From Caldilineae bacterium (GTDB lineage Bacteria; Chloroflexota; Anaerolineae; DTLA01), in assembly GCA_037446815.1 (NCBI GenBank), contig JBBIHX010000005.1, forward strand, positions 1-56,543: DNA of 56,543 nucleotides. The letters are read 5' to 3'. Below are positions 8,317 through 17,660 of the stretch, piece by piece (position 1 is the first letter of the stretch; each line of letters starts with the position of its first letter). Below the pieces are notes generated by a model that was not told the origin of the DNA, did no database searches, and worked only from the letters and a program-made list of their open reading frames with translations. The position numbers and the translations under genes are program-made.

Positions 8317-9771
8317 ATGGACCGTTGGATGCTGGTGGAACTGGCGGGCCTTGCCGCGCTCCTGCGGCTTGTGGCGCTGGGGGCCGAGAGCCTGTGGTTT
8401 GACGAGGCTTACAGCGTGGCGTTTGCCAGCGCGGATCTTTCGCTGCTGAATTTCCTGCGGCCGGGCGGGTTCGCTTTCACCGACAAGAACGTGTACCATA
8501 TCCTGCTGCACTTCTGGCTGGGCTTGGGCCGCACGGAATTCATGGTTCGCCTGCTGTCGGTCATCCTTGGCGTTGCGACGGTTCTGGTGGTGTACGGGGT
8601 AGCGCGGCGCCTGTTCGGGTTGCGGGTTGCCGCGTGGTCGGCGGGATTGCTGGCGCTGTCGCCGTTCCACGTCTGGTATTCGCGCGAGGCGCGGATGTAC
8701 GTGTTGGCCGGGCTTTTCGCGTGGCTTGCGGTGCTGGCCGTGGTGGAGAGGGTTCGCGGGCGGCGAACCGTGTGGCTCTGGGCCGCGTACGTTCTCTGCG
8801 CCGCGCTGGGCCTGTACACGCATACGTTTTCCGCGCTGGTGATTGCGGCGCTGAACGTGTGGGTGGGCCTGGTGCTCATCCTGGAACGCGACCGCCGTGC
8901 AATGGTGTGGGAGTGGCTCGCCGCGAATGCCGCGCTGCTTGTCGCGTCCGTCCCCTGGTTCATCGGCATCACCGCGCAGCAGAGTCAGGGCTGGTGGACG
9001 TGGATCGCCGAGAAGCACGGCGCGCCGGGGCTGAAGCAACTGCTCCTGCTGCCGGTAGATTTCGCGCTGGGCACGATTCGGCCGCCGTACCCGTGGGCCT
9101 TCTGGCTGGCGGCGGGCTTTTTCGGCCTGGCCTTGCTCCTGGGCGCGATCCCGCCGCCGCGAAGCCGCCGCGCCATCTGGTGGCACGAGGGCGGGCGCGA
9201 GTGGTCGTGCGCGATGGTGTTGGCCGTGTTGCCGGCAGTGCTGGCCTTCGCGCTGTCCCAGGTCAAGCCGATGTTTGTGTTGCGCTACATGGTGCCGTTT
9301 GTGCCGGCGTTCGCCATCGTGGTGGGCAGAGGGTTCTGCCAGATTCGCCGCACGTTCCTGCGGTGGGTCGTGATGGTGCCGTATGTGGCCGGGGTTGCCG
9401 CCGCGCTGCTCATGATCTACACCGTGCCGCAGAAGGAGGACTGGCGGGGCGCTGCCGCCTATCTCACGCAGAACGCGCCGGCGGGGAGCACGATCTTCCT
9501 GGTGGATGAGGACATCCGCGTGCCCCTGGAGCACTACTACCACACGCCCGCGGACTTGCGGCCCGTGTGGCGCGGGCACACCAGCGACGCCGACTTGGAG
9601 CCGAAGGTGGCGCCGGTGATGGCCACGGTCTCCGACTACTGGCTTGTGGTCAGCCACACGGATAACGACGCCCTGGAGCAGTATCTGCGCCGATTCGGGG
9701 ACGTGGTGGAGAGGCGCGAGTTCCGCGACATCACCGTGATGCGCTTTCGGCGGCGCGGAGGGGCCGGATGA
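8317..9771 (+). CDS. GT-C fold membrane glycosyltransferase (PMT_2/GT39-like), paralog of 6767-8239
   Basis: ESLWFDEAYS, EFMVRLLS, WYSREARMY, LYTHTF, EDWRGAAAYL; true start may be the in-frame CTG at 8248 or 8254 behind AGGAGG. Confidence 0.88.
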   Translation: MDRWMLVELAGLAALLRLVALGAESLWFDEAYSVAFASADLSLLNFLRPGGFAFTDKNVYHILLHFWLGLGRTEFMVRLLSVILGVATVLVVYGVARRLFGLRVAAWSAGLLALSPFHVWYSREARMYVLAGLFAWLAVLAVVERVRGRRTVWLWAAYVLCAALGLYTHTFSALVIAALNVWVGLVLILERDRRAMVWEWLAANAALLVASVPWFIGITAQQSQGWWTWIAEKHGAPGLKQLLLLPVDFALGTIRPPYPWAFWLAAGFFGLALLLGAIPPPRSRRAIWWHEGGREWSCAMVLAVLPAVLAFALSQVKPMFVLRYMVPFVPAFAIVVGRGFCQIRRTFLRWVVMVPYVAGVAAALLMIYTVPQKEDWRGAAAYLTQNAPAGSTIFLVDEDIRVPLEHYYHTPADLRPVWRGHTSDADLEPKVAPVMATVSDYWLVVSHTDNDALEQYLRRFGDVVERREFRDITVMRFRRRGGAG

Positions 9772-11672
9772 GCGGCGCGGCGCGGATGTCGCGGCGGGAG
9801 CATCTGGCCGTGCTGGCGGCGTTCGCGGTGCTGGCTGCCATCGGCACGTGGCCGCTCGCCGCGCACCTGTCCGATGCGGTGCTGGGGCCGCCGGGCGATA
9901 ATTACGAGTACGTTTACAAGATATGGTGGTTCAAGACGGCTCTGCTGGAACGCGGGCAGTCGCCGTTGTTCAACCCCGACGTCTTCTACCCGTCAGGGTA
10001 CGATGTCAGCCTGTCGGAGACGACGCTGGCGAACATGGCGCTGGCGCTGCCCTTCGCCGTGCTCTGGGGCGAGGTGGTCGCGTACAACGCGGTGGTGCTG
10101 CTGTCGTTCGTCTTGTCGGGGTGGGCTATGTACGCGCTGGCACGGTACCTGACCGGTAGCCGCCTGGCGGGGGCGGTGGCGGGGGCCGCGTTCGCGTTCA
10201 GCCCGTACCGCATGGCGCACCTGGGCGCGGGGCATCTGCCGCTGCTGGGGACGCAGTGGATTCCCCTGGCGTTTCTGTTCGCGGAGCGGGCCTTCCGCGC
10301 GAAGTCCGTCAGGGACGGCGCGCTGGCGGGGCTTTTCCTGGGCCTGACGGCGTTGTCGTCGTGGTACTATGCCTACATGGTGGGGCTGTTCCTCGTGCTG
10401 TTCGGCGTTCTGCGATGGGCGCAGGCGCGGCGCGAGTGGACGGCTCGCCGCTTGGCGGCGGTAGTGGCGGCGTTCGTCGCCGTGGCCGCGCTGGTGATGC
10501 TGCCCGCCGCAGTCCCGCTGCTGCGCAACGCGGGCGCGGGCGCTACTGAGTACCGCAGCCTGGCCTACATTGACCAGTGGTCGGCGGGGCTGGCCGATTT
10601 GCTATGGCCGAACGTGTTCAACCCCATCTGGGGGCAGAGCCTTGCCGAGCGATACCTGCCGAACATCCAAGAAGGCGTCCTGTACCTGGGCTGGGCGGCG
10701 CTGGCCCTGGCGGCGGTCTGGGCTGCGCGGCGGCGCGACAAGGCGCTCGGCGTGTACGCATGGCTGGGCATCGTCGGGGTTGTGCTGGCGCTGGGCACGA
10801 CGCTGCACGTTGCGGGCGGCCCGCTGCGCATCCACGTGCCCGACGGGATGGCGCGCGCGTTTGCCCGCGGGATGTACTTCTTGACCGAGAGGGCGGCGCT
10901 GAACCCGCTGGCCTTCGGCAAGATGGACGTCGCGGGCACGGTGGTGATTCCCATGCCGACGCTGTTGCTGTACCTGTTCTTTCCGTTCTTCACGGCCATG
11001 CGGGTGCCGGCGCGGTTCGCGCTGATGGGCATCCTGTCCGTAAGCGTGCTGGCGGGCGCGGGGGCGGCCCAGGTTGCGGCGCAGGCGCGGGCGCGCGCGG
11101 GGCGGGTCGCGGCAATCGTGGGATTGGCGCTCATCCTGGCGCTGGATTTGGCGTCCGCGCCGTTTCCGTTAGGATATAGCGAGGCGCGGGGCCAGCCGGT
11201 GGACGCCTGGCTTGCGGCCCAGCCGAAGCCGTCGCCCGTGGCCCAGTTCCCGAGGGAGCGCACGTGGTACGGCTACCCGCTGTACCAGCAGCGGTTTCAC
11301 GGCCAGCCCATCGCCTACGGGTACGGGACGTTCGTACCGTTGTCGTTTCGGGCGGCGGAGCAGGTGCTGGATGAGTTCCCGTCCGATGAGGCCGTGGACT
11401 GGCTGGAGGCGAATGGCGTGCGTATCGTGTTGCTGGCGCAGGGGAGCCTGGGCGACGCGTGGGATGACGCAAAGGCGCTCATGGACGGTCGCCAGGGGTG
11501 GGAGTTGGCGGGTCGGTTTGACGACACGCCGCTGTACCATGAGGGGCCTGTGATGCGGCTTGTGCCGCCCACGCCGGTCATCCCGCCGAGCGAGTGGGTG
11601 AACGGCGACAAGGGGGCCTATATCCAGGACACGATATGGGTATACCGATTCACCGGTACGGAGACGAGATGA
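9768..11672 (+). CDS. Multi-TM membrane protein, probable GT-C glycosyltransferase (YfhO-like)
   Basis: GPPGDNYEYVYKIWW loop, FNPDVFYP, AFAFSPYRMAH, YLGW, MRVPARF; soluble C-terminal domain; ATGA overlap with upstream gene. Confidence 0.72.
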   Translation: MSGAARMSRREHLAVLAAFAVLAAIGTWPLAAHLSDAVLGPPGDNYEYVYKIWWFKTALLERGQSPLFNPDVFYPSGYDVSLSETTLANMALALPFAVLWGEVVAYNAVVLLSFVLSGWAMYALARYLTGSRLAGAVAGAAFAFSPYRMAHLGAGHLPLLGTQWIPLAFLFAERAFRAKSVRDGALAGLFLGLTALSSWYYAYMVGLFLVLFGVLRWAQARREWTARRLAAVVAAFVAVAALVMLPAAVPLLRNAGAGATEYRSLAYIDQWSAGLADLLWPNVFNPIWGQSLAERYLPNIQEGVLYLGWAALALAAVWAARRRDKALGVYAWLGIVGVVLALGTTLHVAGGPLRIHVPDGMARAFARGMYFLTERAALNPLAFGKMDVAGTVVIPMPTLLLYLFFPFFTAMRVPARFALMGILSVSVLAGAGAAQVAAQARARAGRVAAIVGLALILALDLASAPFPLGYSEARGQPVDAWLAAQPKPSPVAQFPRERTWYGYPLYQQRFHGQPIAYGYGTFVPLSFRAAEQVLDEFPSDEAVDWLEANGVRIVLLAQGSLGDAWDDAKALMDGRQGWELAGRFDDTPLYHEGPVMRLVPPTPVIPPSEWVNGDKGAYIQDTIWVYRFTGTETR

Positions 11673-11695
11673 ACCCATCAAGGAGCGGTGCGAAG

Positions 11696-12049
11696 ATGAG
11701 TCCGGTACTGTTCTTGCTGGCGGCCGTCGCGCTGGGCGTGGCGGGTCAGATGGTGATGAAGACGGGCATGACGCAGGTGGGCGCGCTCAACGCGCTGACG
11801 TTGCGGGCGTTGGTGCGGATGTTCTCCAACCCCTACGTGGTGTTGGGCATCTTCTGTTACGCCCTGTCGTCGGTGGTGTATCTGGTGGCGCTGTCGCGGT
11901 TACCGTTGAGTTTCGCCTATCCGATGGTGGGCCTGGGGTACGTCATCGTGGTCTTCTTGTCGTGGCTGATTCTCAAGGAACCGGTGTCGCCGGCGCGGTG
12001 GATTGGCGTGCTGCTGATCTGCGGCGGGGCGTTTCTCATCGGCAGGTGA
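11696..12049 (+). CDS. Small 4-TM DMT/SMR protein, ArnE/ArnF-like lipid-linked sugar flippase subunit
   Basis: ~117 aa; GQMVMKTG, LSRLPLSFAYP, ILKEPVS..RWIGVLLI; ATG 11696 after AGGAG (alternative ATG 11669 overlapping the upstream stop). Confidence 0.82.
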   Translation: MSPVLFLLAAVALGVAGQMVMKTGMTQVGALNALTLRALVRMFSNPYVVLGIFCYALSSVVYLVALSRLPLSFAYPMVGLGYVIVVFLSWLILKEPVSPARWIGVLLICGGAFLIGR

Positions 12050-12055
12050 TGGCCC

Positions 12056-12799
12056 ATGGATGAGCAGGCGCAAGGCAAACCCGAAATCTCCATCTGCGCG
12101 CCGGCCTACAACGAGGAGGAAGGCATCGCGCAGGTGGTGCGGTACTGGGCGGAGGTCATCCGCAACGACGGCATCCGCGGGCAGATCGTCGTCGCCAACG
12201 ACGGGAGCACCGACCGCACGTTGGAGATTCTGCGCGGACTCCAGCGAGAGATTCCGTTTCTCGTCGTGGTGGACTACACGCCCAACGGCGGCTACGGCTA
12301 CGCCCTATCGCAGGCCATCGCCCACGCCGACGGCGACTACGTGGTTACCATTGACTCCGACGGCCAGTTTGACGCGGCCGAGTATCGGCTGCTGCTGGCC
12401 GAACTGCGGCGCGGCGGGTACGATCTGGTAACCGGCTACCGCAAGGGCAAGCGCGATACCTTCGTGCGCGTGGTGGCCGACCGCGGGCTGAATGTCCTGG
12501 TGCGGCTGATGTTCGGGCTGCGCCTGCGCGACACCAACTGCGCGCTGAAACTGTTGCGGCGCGATGTGGCCCAGGCCATTCAGATTGAGGCGCGGGGCTA
12601 TCCGACGCCGACGGAAATCCTGGTCAAGGCGCAGACGCTGGGCTACCGCATCGGCGAGGTGGGCATCACGCATTCGGAGCGGCTCGCCGGGCAATCCAAA
12701 CTCAAGACGTTTCGCACGGCCTGGCAGATGGGCTGGTTCCTGGTGTACCTGAAACTCAAGCAGATTCTGTACCGCGCGCGGGTACTGAATCGCATCTAG
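12056..12799 (+). CDS. GT2 polyprenyl-phosphate glycosyltransferase (DPM1/ArnC-like)
   Basis: PAYNEE, NDGSTD, NGGYGYA, IDSDGQF, DTNCALK, R..GQSK. Confidence 0.9.
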   Translation: MDEQAQGKPEISICAPAYNEEEGIAQVVRYWAEVIRNDGIRGQIVVANDGSTDRTLEILRGLQREIPFLVVVDYTPNGGYGYALSQAIAHADGDYVVTIDSDGQFDAAEYRLLLAELRRGGYDLVTGYRKGKRDTFVRVVADRGLNVLVRLMFGLRLRDTNCALKLLRRDVAQAIQIEARGYPTPTEILVKAQTLGYRIGEVGITHSERLAGQSKLKTFRTAWQMGWFLVYLKLKQILYRARVLNRI

Positions 12800-12850
12800 G
12801 AGGCTTGCCTTCGGCGGACGGCGCGAAGGCGCATGGTGAGGTGGACTGGC

Positions 12851-13801
12851 ATGAACGGCAAGATGATAGGGGTAATCCTGGCGGCGGGGCAGGGGAGCCG
12901 CATTGAGCCGTTGAGCATCTATCGGCCCAAGCCGCTCCTGCCCGTGTGCAACAAGCCGATTCTCCAGTACCAACTGGAGGACATGCGGCGCATCGGCATC
13001 CGCGACGTGATTCTCGTGGTCGGCCACCTGAAAGAGGGCATCGTCTCGCGGTTTGGCGATGGCGCGTGGCTGGGGATGAACATCACCTACGTGGAGCAGA
13101 AGGAGAAACTGGGCATTGCCCATGCGGTGGGGCAGTTGGAGCCTTACGTCAATGACCCGTTCCTGCTGTTCCTGGGCGACATCTTCATGATGGCGCCGCG
13201 CCTCAATGAGATGGTGGACATGTTCTGGGAGCGCAAGGCTGGGGCCGTGCTGGCCGTGAAGCGGGAGGCAGACCCGTCCCGCATCAGCCGCAACTTCGCC
13301 GTCGTCGTGCACCCCAGCGGCACGGTCTCGCGCGTCATTGAGAAGCCGCGATGCCCACCCAGCAACCTGAAGGGTTGCGGCATCTACGCCTTTGACCTGT
13401 CCATCTTTGATGCGATCCGCCGCACGCCGCGAACCGCCCAGCGCGATGAGTACGAACTCACCAATTCCATCCAGATTCTCATTGAGGACGGCTATCCCGT
13501 ATATCCCGCCGAAGTGGTGGACATGGATGTGAACGTTACGGTTGCCAAAGACTTGCTGGAATGCAACCTGGAGCAACTGAAGCGGCTGGGCGTGAGCGCC
13601 GTCATCGGCGAGGGGGTAACGCTGCCCGAAGGCGCGCGCGTGGAGAACTCGGTGCTGGGCGACGGGGTTGTGGTGAAGCATCCGATTCGCATTCAGGATT
13701 CGCTGATTCTGTCGGGCACGGTCGTGGACGCGCAGCACGACCTGGTGCGCCAACTGGTTACGCCGGAGGTAACGCTGGACTTGCGGGAGGCGGCGGGATG
13801 A
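12851..13801 (+). CDS. Sugar-1-phosphate nucleotidyltransferase (RmlA long-form-like) with C-terminal beta-helix repeats
   Basis: ILAAGQGSR..PKPLLPV, LGIAHAV, FLGD, IEKP, RDEYELT; ATG 12851 after GAGGTGG (ORF track starts at 12833). Confidence 0.88.
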   Translation: MNGKMIGVILAAGQGSRIEPLSIYRPKPLLPVCNKPILQYQLEDMRRIGIRDVILVVGHLKEGIVSRFGDGAWLGMNITYVEQKEKLGIAHAVGQLEPYVNDPFLLFLGDIFMMAPRLNEMVDMFWERKAGAVLAVKREADPSRISRNFAVVVHPSGTVSRVIEKPRCPPSNLKGCGIYAFDLSIFDAIRRTPRTAQRDEYELTNSIQILIEDGYPVYPAEVVDMDVNVTVAKDLLECNLEQLKRLGVSAVIGEGVTLPEGARVENSVLGDGVVVKHPIRIQDSLILSGTVVDAQHDLVRQLVTPEVTLDLREAAG

Positions 13802-14730
13802 GCGGCCCTGGGTACAGGCGGGCGCTGGTAACGGGCGGCGCGGGATTCATCGGCTCGCACGTGGCCGAGCGGCTGCTGGCGCTTGGCGTTCGGGTGCGCG
13901 TGCTGGACAACCTGTCGGTGGGCGCGCGGGAGAACGTGCCCGAGGGGGCCGAATTGGTCATCGGCGATGTCCGCGATGCGGCGACCGTGGCGCGCGCCCT
14001 GGACGGCGTGGACATCGTGTTCCACCTGGCCGCGCGCGTGAGCATCCGCGCCTCGGTGGACGGATTCTACGACGACGCGCAGACGAACGTCATGGGCACG
14101 CTGACCCTGCTCCAGGCCTGCGCCGAGCGGAAGGTGCGGCGCTTCGTGTACGCCTCGTCCATGGGGGTGTATGCCGACGCGCCGTCGCCCGACCCGATTC
14201 CGGAGACCCATCCGACGGAGCCGATTTCGCCCTACGGCGTGGGGAAACTCGCGGGCGAGAAGTACCTGCTGTGCCTGGCCGGGGTCTTGGGCCTGGAGCC
14301 GGTCATCCTGCGCTATTTCAACACCTACGGGCCGCGCCAGGGCTACACGCCCTATGTGGGCGTCATCACCATTTTCATCAAGCGCCTGCTGGCCGGCCAG
14401 CCGCCCGTCATCTTCGGCGACGGTGAGCAGCGCCGCGATTTCGTGTACGTGGGCGACGTGGCCGACGCGACGGTGCTGGCGTCGCTCAAGGACGTGGCGG
14501 GGGAGGTGTTCAACATCGGGACGGGGCGCGCCACGTCGGTCAACCAGGTCGCCGACCTGCTGTGCCGCAAGTTGGCCCCGAGCATTCGGCCCGAATACGC
14601 TCCCGCCCACCCGGGCGAGTTGCGCTATTCGGTGCCCGACATATCCAAGGCCCGCCGTCTGCTGGGCTACGAGCCGAAGGGGCGGCTGGAGGAGAAGATT
14701 GACGAGGTCATCGCCTGGCACCTCCGCTAG
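13798..14730 (+). CDS. NAD-dependent sugar-nucleotide epimerase/dehydratase (extended SDR)
   Basis: VTGGAGFIG, YASS, YxxxK (YGVGK), RYFNTYGPRQ, GDGEQRRDF; ATGA overlap with upstream stop. Confidence 0.92.
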   Translation: MSGPGYRRALVTGGAGFIGSHVAERLLALGVRVRVLDNLSVGARENVPEGAELVIGDVRDAATVARALDGVDIVFHLAARVSIRASVDGFYDDAQTNVMGTLTLLQACAERKVRRFVYASSMGVYADAPSPDPIPETHPTEPISPYGVGKLAGEKYLLCLAGVLGLEPVILRYFNTYGPRQGYTPYVGVITIFIKRLLAGQPPVIFGDGEQRRDFVYVGDVADATVLASLKDVAGEVFNIGTGRATSVNQVADLLCRKLAPSIRPEYAPAHPGELRYSVPDISKARRLLGYEPKGRLEEKIDEVIAWHLR

Positions 14731-14752
14731 TCGGCGGGAGGGGTACAAGGGA

Positions 14753-16853
14753 ATACTCGGCAGCCGCTGGGCGCACTGGGGCTTTCTGGCGCTGGTGATG
14801 CTGTTCTTCATGCGAGGCTGGCTGAACGGCAGGCTGCCCGCGTCGCCGCGCATGGAGATGGTCGTCCAGTTTGCCACGTCGTGGTTTGTGCTGGACGAGT
14901 TGCGCCATGGCCGATTCCTGACGCCGTGGAACCCGTGGGAGTTCGGCGGGTTCCCGTGGATGCGCCTGCTCGCCTGGCCGCTGTACACGGTCATGGCCCT
15001 CATCGGGTGGGCGGGGATTCCGATGGAGCAGGCGCTCAAGGCGCTGGTGCTGTTGGGATTCGTGGGGTCGGGCGTGGCGATGTACGAGTACGCGCGGCTC
15101 CTCACGGGGCGATGGCAAGCGGGGCTGGTCGCCGGGCTGGTGTACATGATCGCGCCGTACCACATCCACACGGCGGTGGACTGGTGGGAGTTCGTGCCGT
15201 TCTGGGCGCTGCTGCCGTTGCCGTTCCTGTTCTACGAGTTGGCCCTGCGTCGCCCCGCGAGGCGCACGCGGTTCCTGGCCCTGGCGGCGCTGTGCCTGGG
15301 GCTGTTCCCGTGGGTCAGCCCCGAGCGGGCGCTCGTCTCGGCGGTGTGGTTTGCGGGGTATGCAGGATTGCGGGAACTGGCGCAGGTCGTGCGGCGCGAG
15401 GCGGCATGGGGCGCGGCCATCGCCCGCCTGGCCGCCGTCGGCCTGGGCGCGGGCGTGGTGGCTGCGGGCATGGTGCTGCCTGCGGCGGTGGAACTGAAGC
15501 ACCTTGGCGCGTACCGCATGCGGGCGAGCACGGGGGGCGCGGCGACGGCCCTACTGGCGGACTATTCGGCGTCGCCCGCGCTCCTGTGGAGTGCGCTCCT
15601 GCAGCGTGTTGGCGTCGCCGTGGACACGGGTTCGCTGCCCACGATTTGGAGGTCGTTCGGGGCGCTGTTCGCGTGGTACCTGGGCTGGCCGGCGCTGGTG
15701 TTGGCGGCGCTGGGCCTGACGCAGTTGCGCAAGCACCGCGAGGCGTGCATCGTGGCGCTGCTGGGCGCGCTCGCGCTGTGGATGGCGTTCGGCCCCACCG
15801 TGCCGATCAACCCGTTCCAGGCGCTGCCGCTGTTCAAGACGCTCATCCCGTTTCGCGGGCTGATGCTGGTGGCGTTCGCCCTGGCCGTGCTGGCGGGGTT
15901 GGGATTCACGGCGCTGGAACGTGCCGTGCGACGGATTCCTACCAACGCGTGGCTGGCGGTTGTCCTAGCGGTGCTGGTGGTGGACTTCCGGCCCGCGGGG
16001 GATGTGTTTGCGGCGAAGGAGTCCTACTTTACACGCGACGAGCAGGCGGCCTACGCCTTCTTGGCCCAGCAGGGCGGTCCCTGGCGGCTGTGGGAGCCGG
16101 CGAGCCAGAACGCCGTGCGGTACGCGGCATCGTACTCGCTGCCGCTGGCCCCCGTGCTGCGCTTCGCAGGCCACTGGGTGGAGGGAACGCCCATTCACAC
16201 GTGGGAACTGCTGGACTGGGGCGACCACAGGGTTGCCCTGGATACCCTGAGCGTGCGCTACGCCCTGCTCCGAAAGGGAGACCCGCAGTACGCCGCCCTG
16301 CGCGCCGAGGCGGAGCAGGCGGGGTTTGTGCGCGTGGCGTGGGATTCGGCGGGCGCGGTGGTGCTGGAGAAGCCGACGCGCCGTCCCTTCGCACTACTGC
16401 GTTCGCCTGAGTCGCCTGAGGTGCCGGTGGACGGCGCGGTGAATTACCTGCGCGAAAGCCCGACGCGCATCCGCGTGCAGGCCGCTCCGTCGGCGCCGAG
16501 CCTGCTTGTGGTCAGCGAGGGCTGGTATCCCCACTGGCGGGCGTTCGTGGATGGCTCGCCGACCGCGCCGCAGCGCGTGGATGAGATGCTCCTGGGCGTG
16601 CGCTTGGAGCCTGGGCCGCATGAGGTGCTGTTCACCTACGCGGAGCCGATTGTCTTCGGCGTGGCGAGGGCAGCGAGCATGGTGGCGGCGCTGGCGCTGC
16701 TGGGATTGGCCGCGTGGAATGCCTCACCGAGAAAGAAGGAGGTGCGGNNNNNNNNNNNNNNNNNNNNNNNNNNNNNNNNNNNNNNNNNNNNNNNNNNNNN
16801 NNNNNNNNNNNNNNNNNNNNNNNNNNNNNNNNNNNNNNNNNNNNNNNGCGTAG
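14753..16853 (+). CDS. Multi-TM membrane protein with YfhO-like C-terminal domain, probable GT-C glycosyltransferase (3' end interrupted by assembly gap)
   Basis: TPWNPWEFGGFP, LVYMIAPYH, YLGW, PFRG; C-terminal LLVVSEGWYPHWRAFVDG..GVRLEPGPHEV followed by a TM helix; start uncertain (ATA 14753, GTG 14795 or ATG 14798); runs into N gap, GCG-TAG follows the gap. Confidence 0.72.
16748..16847. other. Assembly gap (100 N)
   Basis: Run of exactly 100 N, a typical scaffolding placeholder. Confidence 0.99.
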
Positions 16854-16889
16854 CGCGCCCTGGGCAACCTGAGTCAACGGAGCGAGGAA

Positions 16890-17660
16890 TTGAGCGAGAA
16901 GCGTCGGCTGGTGATTATGCCGGCCCACAACGAAGCCAACAACATAGAGACGGTGCTGGATCAGATACGAGGCGTGGATCCGACTCTGGACGTGCTGGTG
17001 GTGGACGATGCGTCCACGGACGACACGGCGGAGCGTGCCCGACGCAAGGGGGCCACGGTGGTGAGCCTGCCGTGCAACCTGGGCTACGGCGGTGCGGTGC
17101 AGACCGGCTTCCGCTACGCTGTGGAGCATGGCTATGACATCGGCATCATGATGGACGCCGACGGCCAGCACGACCCGCGGAGCCTGCCTGCGCTCCTCGC
17201 CGCGCTGGAGCAGGGCGCGGACGTGGCCCTGGGGTCGCGCTTCCTGGGCCGCATGGAGTACAACGCCGGGTGGGCGCGCCGCACGGGCATGGGCATCTTC
17301 CGCGCCATCGTGCGGCGGGTTACCCGTCGGCCCTTCACCGACCCCACCTCTGGGTATCAGGCACTGACCCGCGAGGTGATGGAGTTCTTCGCCCGCGACA
17401 ACTACCCGACAGATTTCCCCGACGCCGACACGCTCATCGTGCTCCACCACGCCGGGTTCAACGTGGTGGAAGTGCCCGTTGTGGTCCGTGCGCGCATCAG
17501 CGGCACGTCCATGCACGCGGGTTGGAAGCCCATCTACTACGTGGTCAAGATGCTGCTGTCCATCTTTGTGGTCTTGCTCCGAAAACAAACGCACACCAAT
17601 GCCATTCGCCCCTCGCAGAACGGAAACCGCCAGAACGGCATTCATCAGGGAGGTGCGTGA
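16890..17660 (+). CDS. GT2 polyprenyl-phosphate glycosyltransferase (DPM1/PpgS/GacI-like)
   Basis: TTG start after GAGGA; MPAHNEA, VDDASTD, NLGYGGAVQTG, MDADGQH, GSRF, DPTSG, R.SGTS. Confidence 0.9.
   Translation: MSEKRRLVIMPAHNEANNIETVLDQIRGVDPTLDVLVVDDASTDDTAERARRKGATVVSLPCNLGYGGAVQTGFRYAVEHGYDIGIMMDADGQHDPRSLPALLAALEQGADVALGSRFLGRMEYNAGWARRTGMGIFRAIVRRVTRRPFTDPTSGYQALTREVMEFFARDNYPTDFPDADTLIVLHHAGFNVVEVPVVVRARISGTSMHAGWKPIYYVVKMLLSIFVVLLRKQTHTNAIRPSQNGNRQNGIHQGGA

Noticed and set aside
11696..12799. arn lipid A modification operon
   Set aside because: No ArnA/ArnB/ArnD counterparts in arn order and no sign of LPS or outer-membrane genes; only family-level resemblance.
14171..17137. 988-aa ORF in the track
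   Set aside because: Artefact: the N-terminal part overlaps the epimerase out of frame and the C-terminal part reads through the N gap into the GT2 gene; only ~14753-16747 is credible.
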